DNA of 60,682 nucleotides. Origin: an uncultured Bacilli bacterium. Its GTDB lineage: Bacteria; Bacillota_I; Bacilli_A; RF39; UBA660. Position 1 is the stretch's first letter. Each line of letters opens with the position of its first letter. Shown here one piece after another: positions 10,341-19,767 of the stretch. Where the stretch lies: NCBI GenBank assembly GCA_947591505.1, contig CANQDM010000002.1, forward strand, positions 1-60,682, in the 5' to 3' direction. The position numbers and the translations under genes are program-made. The notes under the pieces were generated by a model, which did not search any database, was not told the DNA's origin, and worked only from the letters and a program-made list of their open reading frames with translations.

Positions 10341-11099
10341 TCATTTTTCGATATCCATATCATCAAGATTATTATTAAAATCTTCACAACAATTTTTTCT
10401 ATTAACATCAACAACTAAATTAGCATTACCTAACTTTTCAAAAAGCTTTTTAGCACCATATTGCATTTTATATTCTAGTTCTTCTTTATAAATTGGAAAA
10501 ACTTGATAAAAGTTTATTTTACCTTTGTTCTTTAAATCTAAACTTAATTGCTCACCATTTTTATCAATTGCATCTACTAAAATTGATGATGATAATTTAG
10601 TATTTTTCGCATAAGATTCTGCATCATTATGTGATATCGTATGACCGAATCCTATCCAACTTTTTTCAATAATTGGTAATCTAGCAATTTGTTTTAACAA
10701 ACTAATTACCCAGCCATTTTTCTCTTTACTAAAATCAATGTTCCAATCTGGAGATAAATAGATAACTAATTCTGCTCTATCCATCTCATAATCTTTTAAT
10801 TGTGAAGGAACATTCATTTTATAAGCTCCCATACCTATAGTAATTAATTTATAATAATTTTTTTCTTCCGATGGTGGAATAACCATAATATCTAAATGAA
10901 TACCTGGTGAATATAATTCATGACATATAAAACTACATTTTCCATAATTATCTTCTATAAATTTTTGACAATTATCTATTTCTTCTTTAGTATAAGTATA
11001 TAATGGTGATGTTTGTAAGCCTTTAATATAATAATGTACTTGTTTAGCACTCATTTTACCATTCTCGTTTTGACACATTTTTTTATCAAACATTAACAC
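10341..11099 (-). CDS. SUFU-like domain protein (possible immunity-type protein)
   Basis: HLDIMVIPPSEEKNYYKLITIGMGAYKM...RAELVIYLSPDW...WVISLLKQIARLP resembles bacterial suppressor-of-fused-like proteins. Confidence 0.45.
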   Translation of the reverse strand: MLMFDKKMCQNENGKMSAKQVHYYIKGLQTSPLYTYTKEEIDNCQKFIEDNYGKCSFICHELYSPGIHLDIMVIPPSEEKNYYKLITIGMGAYKMNVPSQLKDYEMDRAELVIYLSPDWNIDFSKEKNGWVISLLKQIARLPIIEKSWIGFGHTISHNDAESYAKNTKLSSSILVDAIDKNGEQLSLDLKNKGKINFYQVFPIYKEELEYKMQYGAKKLFEKLGNANLVVDVNRKNCCEDFNNNLDDMDIEK

Positions 11100-11890
11100 A
11101 TCACCATTTCTTTATTCTTATCTTTATTTAAGTTCCTATCATCATTAAACATAGTATCTAAATTATAATAACCTACAATTTTATATTCTCCATCATTTGT
11201 TTCTAACACATAATCTAATCCAAATTTTTTGATTTCTAATTCTAAATTCTCTATATCTTCATCAGTATATTCATCTGCATAATATTCTTCCCATTCATCA
11301 TTTGTAATATGACACATTGAAACATCAGAAGTGCTTACATCATCATATATACTTTGTAGCAATTTTGAACATTCACTTACTTTAGGTAAATTTAAAAATG
11401 AATCCAAATCACAAAATATTAATTCTTCAAAAGCACTTTTGATAAATTCATCATCTAATTCTCTATCATTATAATATCCAAATGCTTCTCTAATATCAGT
11501 GGTTTCATAATCAGTAATAATATTAGCAACTTCATTACCATTCTTTTTAATAATTGCATTACATTTCATATTATCATAATCAACTGTCCAAGTATTTAAT
11601 ATTTTTATTTCTATATTTTTATTCCTATCATTATACCATTTTTCAAAATTTTCCCATTCATTTCTATTATATATAACATCACTAAAAAAAATCACACCAT
11701 GTTTTTTTGCTAATTTTTCCCTTTTATCTAACCAGTCATAAAAATTTGATCCATTAATCTTTGCTAATTCTTGTTCATAATTATTCATTTTTTCTTTTGG
11801 GCATTTTTCATCAATATATTTCTCAATCACACCAAATTTTCTATATCCAATTACTTTTTCTATATCTTCATATTCTTGTAATATGTTCAT
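11093..11890 (-). CDS. hypothetical acidic protein (start moved to internal ATG)
   Basis: ATG at 11890 preceded by GGGGGTGA 7 nt upstream. Confidence 0.5.
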   Translation of the reverse strand: MNILQEYEDIEKVIGYRKFGVIEKYIDEKCPKEKMNNYEQELAKINGSNFYDWLDKREKLAKKHGVIFFSDVIYNRNEWENFEKWYNDRNKNIEIKILNTWTVDYDNMKCNAIIKKNGNEVANIITDYETTDIREAFGYYNDRELDDEFIKSAFEELIFCDLDSFLNLPKVSECSKLLQSIYDDVSTSDVSMCHITNDEWEEYYADEYTDEDIENLELEIKKFGLDYVLETNDGEYKIVGYYNLDTMFNDDRNLNKDKNKEMVMC

Positions 11891-11940
11891 ATACAAATCA
11901 CCCCCTTTAAAAAAATCAGATAACTCTGATTCTATAAACA

Positions 11941-12183
11941 TTAATTATTTAATATTTCAATTCTATCTATTTGTGATAATAGTGATTCTTGATATACAAG
12001 ATAATTATTCATTAATTCTTCAAAAGAATTGTATGACTTTTTTATTTTGCTATCTAAAATATATATTAATACATTTGATGCCTCTTTAACAATTAAATAT
12101 TCTAAACTATATAATTTAAATTTTAATTTTTTATTAGTTTCTAATATATTACTCATAGTTTGATATTTCAATATTACCACCAC
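11941..12183 (-). CDS. hypothetical protein (80 aa)
   Basis: ORF only. Confidence 0.35.
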   Translation of the reverse strand: MVVILKYQTMSNILETNKKLKFKLYSLEYLIVKEASNVLIYILDSKIKKSYNSFEELMNNYLVYQESLLSQIDRIEILNN

Positions 12184-12210
12184 TTAATTAAATTATATAT
12201 CAAAAAAATG

Positions 12211-12942
12211 CTATATACTAGCATCTTTTTCAGAATCATTATCTTTTATTAACTTGTTATCAGTTAGATAAGTTTTTACTTTTTCCCAAACTATATTAAA
12301 TTCAGGTTTATTTGTTACACCATTAAGACTTTCATAACTATCTTTCATTTGTTGCTTATTTTCAATCATAGTTGAGAAATCTCCTAATTCACGATCATCA
12401 TATTGTAATATCTCTTCAATTTTAGAAAAATCAATATTTTCTATTTTCAATATTAAATATATATCTAATAAATCTTTCGCTCTTCTAAATGGGTGTTCAT
12501 TTGATAATGCACTTAATTTATCAGCCATAATTTTTTCTTTGGAAGAATATTTTACATCAATATCATTAATTCTATATATAACATAAAACGGATTATTTTT
12601 TATATCTAAATCTATTTTTGTTATAACTTTGTTATTATCAAAAATTTTATAGCCCATAGATTTTCCTTCTTCAGGTAATCTATATAATTCTATTTCATAA
12701 TTAGGATTTACTCTTTTAATTGCTTTTTCAAAAGTTTTTGTAATTTGATTATGATCAACATTACCAGTCCAATTTGCATCAATATCTACTGTTTTTCTTT
12801 CAATATTATTATTTTGATTTTCGTGAGAAAGAATATCATTTATAGCAAGACCGCCTTTAAAAACAATTGGAGCGTTTTCTTTAGAAATTTCTTCAACAAT
12901 TCTATATAAAATATTTTCAAGATTATTTCTATCATTATTCAT
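12211..12942 (-). CDS. AbiEii/AbiGii-like nucleotidyltransferase toxin
   Basis: VFKGGLAINDIL...RKTVDIDANW matches the GG(T/L)A...R.(S/T).D(I/L)D signature of AbiEii NTases; 8-nt overlap with upstream partner. Confidence 0.6.
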   Translation of the reverse strand: MNNDRNNLENILYRIVEEISKENAPIVFKGGLAINDILSHENQNNNIERKTVDIDANWTGNVDHNQITKTFEKAIKRVNPNYEIELYRLPEEGKSMGYKIFDNNKVITKIDLDIKNNPFYVIYRINDIDVKYSSKEKIMADKLSALSNEHPFRRAKDLLDIYLILKIENIDFSKIEEILQYDDRELGDFSTMIENKQQMKDSYESLNGVTNKPEFNIVWEKVKTYLTDNKLIKDNDSEKDASI

Positions 12943-13453
12943 AAAATAAAATTCCTTCTTCCATATAATGTTTAGCTTTCTTCTTTAAATTTTTTGGAAT
13001 TACTAAACCATTATATGATTCATTATTCTCCCAATAATAATCTGCAAATGTTTCGTATAAAACTTGTGTATCAGTTTCATTATTACTTAACATATCTATA
13101 ATTGCATTAGTAATAGGTGATACTTTTACACCCTCAAAATCAATAAAAGGAATCTTATTTAAATTCTTTACTAAAAAACACTTAACATATGGTAGATTAA
13201 ACTCTTTTTCAGAATAAACATATATTTGATGACGAAAACCACCATTTGAATATCCTTGAATATCTGCAGCACTCTCTCTACAAATTATGCAATCTAATCC
13301 ATTTAATAATACTTTTGCAGCATCATAAAAAGTTATTACATCTTCATTTGTAATTTCTTCAGCATAAGAATAAATACTCTTGTTTAGATCATTAACCATA
13401 ATTTTAATTCCTTTCATATTTAAAATTATACTATATTTTGCTTCTCTTTTCAA
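12935..13453 (-). CDS. AbiEi-like antitoxin/transcriptional regulator
   Basis: CRESAADIQGYSNGG...VYVYS...GVKVSPITNAIIDML resembles the AbiEi pattern; sits immediately upstream of and overlaps the NTase gene. The true start may be an internal ATG. Confidence 0.5.
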   Translation of the reverse strand: MKREAKYSIILNMKGIKIMVNDLNKSIYSYAEEITNEDVITFYDAAKVLLNGLDCIICRESAADIQGYSNGGFRHQIYVYSEKEFNLPYVKCFLVKNLNKIPFIDFEGVKVSPITNAIIDMLSNNETDTQVLYETFADYYWENNESYNGLVIPKNLKKKAKHYMEEGILFYE

Positions 13454-13501
13454 ATTTATTTATCTTTAAAATGATGTAGTTATTATCTTTTATTCCTTCA
13501 C

Positions 13502-14215
13502 TTATATATCAATGCTCATTTCTTTGCTATCATCATTTGATGTATTTTCAAATTCAATTCTATCAACAACTTCTTCTAATAATAGTTTTGTGGGTTCCCT
13601 ATTTAATAAATAAGAAAATTGACATACATATTCACATATACTATCTGATTGAATATTTTTACCAAAATAGAATTGATAATAACCATCTTTTGTTTTCAAT
13701 AATTTTAATTTATTTTCTTCAAAAAAATCTTTTATTTTCTTAACATTTTGTATCTCACTAAATTCAGCTAATAAATCTACAGTAGCATAATCTTTAAGAA
13801 TCTTTTTACTTTGCTTATATTGAATATACTCTTCAATATACTTATCATAATTATTATAAAAATTATCATAATCTTCTTCAGTAATCTCTTCACAAAATAG
13901 CATCTCATCCATTATATGATCGGTTAGATATTTTCTTTTTTGAGTAACTGTCATAGTATCAAACTCAAAACAGTCAGATTCTTTTAATTGATTAAGTTTT
14001 TCTAGATCATTATGATATTGTTTTTCTGAACCTTTACCATTTCTTTCGTAATCAAGTATTCTATCTTGTGTTTGATTTATTTCTTCTTGAATTTCATCTT
14101 TAGAATCTAGACCTGTTAATAATGTATAATATATTTTAATATTTTTATCAGATGGATTAATTAAATCAAATTTATCTAATTCTCTTAAAATGTATAGTTT
14201 CTTTTTTCTCTTCAT
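13502..14215 (-). CDS. hypothetical protein (237 aa)
   Basis: Tiled ORF. Confidence 0.5.
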   Translation of the reverse strand: MKRKKKLYILRELDKFDLINPSDKNIKIYYTLLTGLDSKDEIQEEINQTQDRILDYERNGKGSEKQYHNDLEKLNQLKESDCFEFDTMTVTQKRKYLTDHIMDEMLFCEEITEEDYDNFYNNYDKYIEEYIQYKQSKKILKDYATVDLLAEFSEIQNVKKIKDFFEENKLKLLKTKDGYYQFYFGKNIQSDSICEYVCQFSYLLNREPTKLLLEEVVDRIEFENTSNDDSKEMSIDI

Positions 14216-14239
14216 TTACCTCTCCTTAAACAATACTCT

Positions 14240-14902
14240 CTATACTTGTAAATTAACTTCTTCTCTTTTTTTATTTCTTTCTAAAATTTGTAACATTTCA
14301 TCTTCCATATATTCAAATGGCTTAAATTCACTAGGTTCAACACCATCTTCAAAAAAATACTTTAATGGAAAATAAGTCCATCTATCTCCCTCTGGTATAT
14401 ATTCATATGTATCTAAATCATATTTCATATACTTTTTACCATCTGGTGATTCTAAATGACCTGATCCATCAGAATATTTATGCCAATTCCAACCTTGACC
14501 TAATTTAGTTGCTGGAACAATGTATTCTTTATCATCTTCTACATTTCCTACTATACATTCTTTAAATTTTTCAACATTATCATATAATTCTTTACTAACT
14601 TTCTTCCAATCAACTTTACTTTCTATATAAGATATATAATCTAACACAGATTTTTGATTTTTTAAATCTAACCTTTTAAACTTATCAATTAAATCTTTAT
14701 TAATAAAAACTCCACCAGCACAGCTAAAATACTCATCAATTTCTGGCGAATACAATTCACACCAAACTAGCATTCTATCATATGTCACATTTGATATATC
14801 AATTGTTTCAACATATGGTTTTGTTATATCAATATCTCTATATTCTCTATCCTTACAAAGTTTATTAAATTCATCTAATTTTTTATTTAAATTTATAAAC
14901 AT
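14240..14902 (-). CDS. hypothetical protein (220 aa)
   Basis: Tiled ORF. Confidence 0.5.
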   Translation of the reverse strand: MFINLNKKLDEFNKLCKDREYRDIDITKPYVETIDISNVTYDRMLVWCELYSPEIDEYFSCAGGVFINKDLIDKFKRLDLKNQKSVLDYISYIESKVDWKKVSKELYDNVEKFKECIVGNVEDDKEYIVPATKLGQGWNWHKYSDGSGHLESPDGKKYMKYDLDTYEYIPEGDRWTYFPLKYFFEDGVEPSEFKPFEYMEDEMLQILERNKKREEVNLQV

Positions 14903-14926
14903 ATATCAACCTCCTTTTATTTATTT

Positions 14927-16369
14927 TTAGATCTCTTTTTCTTGTTCATTATCAGATAACATTCTATAAAATTCATTTGCAGCTTCTTCTCCACTTTTAG
15001 AAAGTCGTCTTAATGCATTTGTTAATTTATCTTGATTTTTATATGTTCCATAAATAAAATAATTTTCTAATAATTTTAATCTATATTTGCTTCGATTCTT
15101 TAAATAATTATAATTGTTTCTTTTATAAATATTAATAGCTATTTCACTTATTAAATCATCTAAACTTATTTTATTATTTTTAACCTTGTATTTATTTTTA
15201 CAATATTTATAATTATATAATGCATGATTTGCAATTGCATTTAATATATAATTATTAGATTTTTCCAACTTTTCTTTAATAAGACTATTATCAAAAGCAT
15301 TTTCAAATCCAATGTTAGAAATATTATTTCGTTTATCTATATCTAAAAAAATATCATTTAAATTTTCTATACTTTTATTTATTTCTTCTTTAGATAATTT
15401 TAATTCTTCAGAAGTTGAAAACAATTTATGTTTAATATCTTTGGTAATTTTTCTAATTTCATTTCCTATATCATTTCTAGGTAATGAATTATATTTAATA
15501 TACTTTTTATCAGTATTTCTTATTTTCGATAGCAAATAACCTAATCTATCTATTTCTTCTTCTAAATCTAATTTTGAAATATTTTTCAAAGTAAAGTTTT
15601 GGTCTTTTGGATTAAAATATTTTTGTAAATGCTCTAAATCTTTGTTTATTTTAATAAGTGCAGGTCGATATAATTTACTAGATTCAATAGTTAAAGATAC
15701 TTGTCTTTTTAAAAAATTTTCTTCATTTTCAGATAATTTTAATTTTCTTCTATAACCTAATTTATTATTATAATAACGGTAACTTTTATTTTTTTCTATC
15801 CATGCAATATGAAAATGATAGTTATTTTTCCTATCAGTATGAAGTGACACTATCCACTCCAAATTTTCTTTTGGATTTTCATATCCACAATATTTAAATA
15901 ATTTAGGTAATATAGACATAGTAAGCTTTTTTTGCAATTCTTTAATAGACATATTCTCATCTACATAATCTTGATTCAATGATAGAACAGCAAGTTGTGT
16001 ATTAGAATTTTCTAAATAATTACCCCACTCTTTTTTCATTTTTTCTACCATTTCATCTTTTATAAATGATCCATTTTTAAGCATTGCCATTTCTTCTCTT
16101 CGCATCTTACTTTGAAGCATGATATCATCAGATTTTTTACTTCCCATAAAATATTCTATCATTGAAGAATGTGCTTTTTTTTCATCTCTACTATAATCAT
16201 AAAAGCCTAAAATATATTTTTTTAATTCCGCACGATACTCATTTTTATCTTTGCATTGTATGTAATACCATTTATCACTGTTCTTTGCTTTTTTATATAT
16301 TCTCAAATTATTATCAGGATTATTTACACCATAATATGGATGGGATATAAATACAACTTTTGAATCCAT
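14927..16369 (-). CDS. HUH-type conjugative relaxase (candidate)
   Basis: SLHTDRKNNYHFHIAW contains the HxD...HxH (HUH) histidine cluster typical of MOB relaxases; lies just downstream of RHH genes and the IR-rich intergenic region. Confidence 0.6.
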   Translation of the reverse strand: MDSKVVFISHPYYGVNNPDNNLRIYKKAKNSDKWYYIQCKDKNEYRAELKKYILGFYDYSRDEKKAHSSMIEYFMGSKKSDDIMLQSKMRREEMAMLKNGSFIKDEMVEKMKKEWGNYLENSNTQLAVLSLNQDYVDENMSIKELQKKLTMSILPKLFKYCGYENPKENLEWIVSLHTDRKNNYHFHIAWIEKNKSYRYYNNKLGYRRKLKLSENEENFLKRQVSLTIESSKLYRPALIKINKDLEHLQKYFNPKDQNFTLKNISKLDLEEEIDRLGYLLSKIRNTDKKYIKYNSLPRNDIGNEIRKITKDIKHKLFSTSEELKLSKEEINKSIENLNDIFLDIDKRNNISNIGFENAFDNSLIKEKLEKSNNYILNAIANHALYNYKYCKNKYKVKNNKISLDDLISEIAINIYKRNNYNYLKNRSKYRLKLLENYFIYGTYKNQDKLTNALRRLSKSGEEAANEFYRMLSDNEQEKEI

Positions 16370-16373
16370 AATT

Positions 16374-16601
16374 TTATTTTTGAAGCGAAATTAATTCATC
16401 AAGTTTTGAAATTATTTTCTCATTTTGATTTTTAATTTCTTCATTATCATTTAATTTTATCAGTCCAAGTTCTAAAAGTTCTATAATCATCTCATTTATA
16501 AAACTATAACTAGAACATTTAAATTTATAATTAATCATTTCATCAAGAGCTGTTGGAATACTTATACTCCTTCTTTTAAAACTTGTAATTCTTTTACTCA
16601 T
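16374..16601 (-). CDS. small RHH-like relaxosome accessory/regulatory protein (candidate)
   Basis: 75 aa, position immediately upstream of the relaxase. Confidence 0.4.
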   Translation of the reverse strand: MSKRITSFKRRSISIPTALDEMINYKFKCSSYSFINEMIIELLELGLIKLNDNEEIKNQNEKIISKLDELISLQK

Positions 16602-16712
16602 ATATTATCCAAAATTTTTTGATTTTAAAATTTAACCATCCATACTTTGTAATTATTTTTTTATTTTTTTCATTCACTTAATTTACACCTCCAACAAATT
16701 TGTAACAACAAT

Positions 16713-17030
16713 TTAATTTGAAAAATTATTTTTATATTTATCAAATTTATTATTAATTTCATTTAAAGTTTCACTATTATTTACATCAGAATTTTTAGAA
16801 AATTTCATATTAACAAAGAATTGTTCTAAAATTTTTTTAATTAAAAATTGATTATGAATTAGCTTATTAATTTTAACATTTAAATCAAAAAACAAGCTTT
16901 CAAAATCTTGTTTATTAACACTTCTTCTAATACATTCTCTCAATGCTTCTGTTTTATTTTTTATATTATTTTCTTTCATAAATTTTTCTAATAAACTTAA
17001 ATCTTTTGCTGTAAATCTAAAAGTTTCCAT
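16713..17030 (-). CDS. ribbon-helix-helix (CopG-like) protein
   Basis: KNKTEALRECIRRSV helix pattern after an N-terminal strand; first gene after the IR-rich region. Confidence 0.45.
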   Translation of the reverse strand: METFRFTAKDLSLLEKFMKENNIKNKTEALRECIRRSVNKQDFESLFFDLNVKINKLIHNQFLIKKILEQFFVNMKFSKNSDVNNSETLNEINNKFDKYKNNFSN

Positions 17031-17100
17031 ATTAAAATTTTTGCCCCCTTTTATGCCAAAATACTAAAAATATTTTTAAACAGGATATGACAATGCACCA

Positions 17101-17268
17101 CGAAAATCTTAAATGCTTTAAAATCAAGCCTTTTTTAAGATTTTCGCTGCACCAGAGCATATTTCGCACTTGCGAAATGTATATACAAACTTAAATTTTT
17201 GTATATACAAAGATGGTTTGTGTAATAAATAAACTACCATATTTTCAATGATTTAAGTGTATATACAA
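17101..17268. promoter_or_regulatory. candidate oriT / operator region
   Basis: Three adjacent perfect inverted repeats: 13 bp at 17101-17113/17134-17146, 8 bp at 17161-17168/17171-17178, 11 bp at 17179-17189/17198-17208. GTATATACAA occurs three times (17179, 17201, 17259). This is the 280-bp gap upstream of the RHH/relaxase genes. Confidence 0.45.
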
Positions 17269-17310
17269 CTGTTAATACATTTAGTATTTTTTACTATTTT
17301 TATTAATTAC

Positions 17311-17733
17311 TTATTTTTTACTTTTTTTATCATTTATTTCATTTAAATTGTCAAATTGTGATGAATTTATTTTTAAATCTTCTTGATATTCTCGATTAAT
17401 TTCTAAGATATCTTCAATTAATAATTTTAATCCTATTTCATTACATAATTCTCTAATCATTTTATGTCCACTTTTTGAAATCTGATTACAATTATATGAA
17501 ATAAAATTTACTTTCTTAATATTATTATCATAAACTATTTTTACATTATTTGCAAGATCTCTATAATTAATATTTAAAAATTTTATTTTATCAATGACAT
17601 TATTTTTTAAATAATCAATCTCAAATTCAATACCATAAAGGTCTTTTAATAATTTAATTTTTTCAGAATATTCTTCTTTTATTTTATCTTGTTTCGGATT
17701 TTTGTCTTTTATTAGTTCTTCTTTTTTCATCAT
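17311..17733 (-). CDS. hypothetical protein (140 aa)
   Basis: Tiled ORF. Confidence 0.45.
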   Translation of the reverse strand: MMKKEELIKDKNPKQDKIKEEYSEKIKLLKDLYGIEFEIDYLKNNVIDKIKFLNINYRDLANNVKIVYDNNIKKVNFISYNCNQISKSGHKMIRELCNEIGLKLLIEDILEINREYQEDLKINSSQFDNLNEINDKKSKK

Positions 17734-17953
17734 TTGCTTTATAATTTGAAGAATATAAATTTAAATCACGATATACATATTTATTAATTATTTTTACAAT
17801 ATCTTTTTTATTTTTAAATCTTTTTGCAACACCACTAGCATTATTATCTGTACGATTAGTTATACAAACAACATGTTTTTCAGTATCAATTTCTATAAAT
17901 ATACTTACATATTCTTCATAATTTTCTTTTGGTACTTTTATATTTTTTTTCAT
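17684..17953 (-). CDS. hypothetical protein (89 aa)
   Basis: Tiled ORF, overlaps neighbours at both ends. Confidence 0.45.
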   Translation of the reverse strand: MKKNIKVPKENYEEYVSIFIEIDTEKHVVCITNRTDNNASGVAKRFKNKKDIVKIINKYVYRDLNLYSSNYKANDEKRRTNKRQKSETR

Positions 17954-18924
17954 AAATTTATTTCACTCCCCCTATTTTTTTCAATATAATTTTCAAAATT
18001 TTTATTAAAATATTTATAATTGTTTTCTAATTTAAATTTATCTTTTATAAGTGCTTCATTAATGTCTTTTACATCATCCATATTTGATATTAAAGTTGTT
18101 GCAAAAGATGTAATATTTAAATTAGCTAGTTCTTCTTTTACAATATTCTGATAATATGTTCCTGTCTTATCATTATCAAAGGCTAAAACAAAATAACCAT
18201 CATAGTTATAATCTTGAATTAATTTCAATAACCTTTTATAGTTTGGTAAACCATTTAATGCTATTGTTAAAACATTAGGATCTATCATTTCTAATGACAA
18301 AGAATCTATTATACTTTCAGTTATATATATTAATTTATTATCACTATTTTTTAATAGATTCTCATTCCAAAGATAACTAATTCCTTTAGACTTAATTTTT
18401 ATATTTTGATTAACACCTCTACCAAAGTAGCAATTTTTATTAATAGGAAAAATTATCATATCTTTTTTTACATCATATCCAATATTATATTTTTTAATTA
18501 AATCTAAACTAATATTTCTTTTTAAAAGATAATCAGTTTTACTAATATTTTTTTTACATTTCTTATAATAATAACTAAAATCAATAATTTCATTATTACT
18601 ATTATTTTCATTTGAATTTAAAAATTTAGAAATATCAACATCTACATTTGGATATAAATTAGATGCAATAGATAATTTATCCCTAAATGATGTTACACCA
18701 TAATCAATGCCAATTAAATCAAATATATCATAAGATGCACCACAGCTAAAACATTTACATATATTATACTTTGATGTAAACATCATACTAGGATGTTTAT
18801 CTTCATGATCCGGATTCAAACATTTAAAATGCTCTCTTAAATTAGTAATTCCTTTTTTATTTACTAAATAATCAGCTAGTAAAGGTTTAAATTTATCTGC
18901 ATCAATATTATTTTTCACATACAT
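17950..18924 (-). CDS. DNA primase (CHC2 zinc finger + Toprim)
   Basis: CLNPDHEDKHPSM...CFSCG zinc finger; Toprim acidic motifs IYITESIIDSLS and LAFDNDKTG. Confidence 0.8.
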   Translation of the reverse strand: MYVKNNIDADKFKPLLADYLVNKKGITNLREHFKCLNPDHEDKHPSMMFTSKYNICKCFSCGASYDIFDLIGIDYGVTSFRDKLSIASNLYPNVDVDISKFLNSNENNSNNEIIDFSYYYKKCKKNISKTDYLLKRNISLDLIKKYNIGYDVKKDMIIFPINKNCYFGRGVNQNIKIKSKGISYLWNENLLKNSDNKLIYITESIIDSLSLEMIDPNVLTIALNGLPNYKRLLKLIQDYNYDGYFVLAFDNDKTGTYYQNIVKEELANLNITSFATTLISNMDDVKDINEALIKDKFKLENNYKYFNKNFENYIEKNRGSEINL

Positions 18925-19150
18925 CTTCTAAATTATTTAACTTATTAATAATTGATTTTGTAATCAAAATTTTTAAATTTAAAATTGCTTTATTTATCTC
19001 ATCAGCTTCTTTTTCTTTTTTTATTTCTAATTTAGATAAATCCTTATTTATAACTGAAATTGCATTATTTAAATTTTCTTCTTTTTTAGTATATAGATCT
19101 ATCTTTTCTTGCAAACATTTCATATCTTCAATTATTTTATTAAAGTTCAT
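18908..19150 (-). CDS. hypothetical coiled-coil protein (80 aa)
   Basis: Tiled ORF. Confidence 0.4.
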   Translation of the reverse strand: MNFNKIIEDMKCLQEKIDLYTKKEENLNNAISVINKDLSKLEIKKEKEADEINKAILNLKILITKSIINKLNNLEDVCEK

Positions 19151-19667
19151 ATTCTTCTGCTTCTTTTACCTTTTCTGAAATAATTTCTTTTTCAATAATT
19201 GAAATATCAATATGATTTCTATTATAATATCCATCTTCATAAATAAGAAAGCCATTTTCATTTTCATCTACAATAAAATCTTCATTGCCTTCTTCGGATT
19301 CATTTTTAAAATCCAAATTATTAAAATCTATTTCTTTTTTTACTTGTTCTATATATTTTTTCATTTCTTTTTTTAACTCATCTTTATCAAAAGATACCGC
19401 TACAATCTTTGAATCGTTCTCATCATCACAAACACAATCATCATTAAGAATATAAATTTTTTCTTTTATATTTTTACTTGTATCATAATTTTTAGAATAC
19501 TCTTTGTATAACTTAACTTTCAAAAATTCTAGTTCTTCATAAGTTTGCGTTTCAGAATTAAGCTCTTTTTCTTGCAATGATTCTACTATATTAATTGCGC
19601 TTTTTAACCCATTATTCAATGGAATACTATATTTATTAATTAATTTATTGTAATTCATAATCATCAT
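19140..19667 (-). CDS. hypothetical acidic protein (175 aa)
   Basis: Tiled ORF. Confidence 0.45.
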   Translation of the reverse strand: MMIMNYNKLINKYSIPLNNGLKSAINIVESLQEKELNSETQTYEELEFLKVKLYKEYSKNYDTSKNIKEKIYILNDDCVCDDENDSKIVAVSFDKDELKKEMKKYIEQVKKEIDFNNLDFKNESEEGNEDFIVDENENGFLIYEDGYYNRNHIDISIIEKEIISEKVKEAEEYEL

Positions 19668-19767
19668 CTCCTTTATGTTCTTCTTTAGTACATCTTTTAG
19701 ATACTACACAAGCCGAATACATAAATAACATAATAAATGCTAATATGATTCCTATAATTATTAACAT
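19645..19767 (-). CDS. possible 40-aa membrane peptide (not in ORF track)
   Basis: ATG at 19767 overlaps the upstream stop (ATGTTAA). Translation MLIIIGIILAFIMLFMYSACVVSKRCTKEEHKGDDDYELQ is one TM helix plus a charged tail and fills an otherwise empty gap. Confidence 0.3.
   Translation of the reverse strand: MLIIIGIILAFIMLFMYSACVVSKRCTKEEHKGDDDYELQ

Noticed and set aside
10328-10414. 74-nt overlap between the SUFU-like gene and the next ORF
   Set aside because: It is resolved by using the internal ATG at 10327, which has a GGAGGT RBS. The upstream extension is a hydrophobic artefact.
17684-17733. 50-nt overlap between two ORFs with an A6 run, considered as a programmed frameshift site
   Set aside because: The downstream ORF has its own ATGATG start at the overlap. 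There is no heptameric slippery motif plus downstream structure. A simple overlapping-gene explanation is sufficient.
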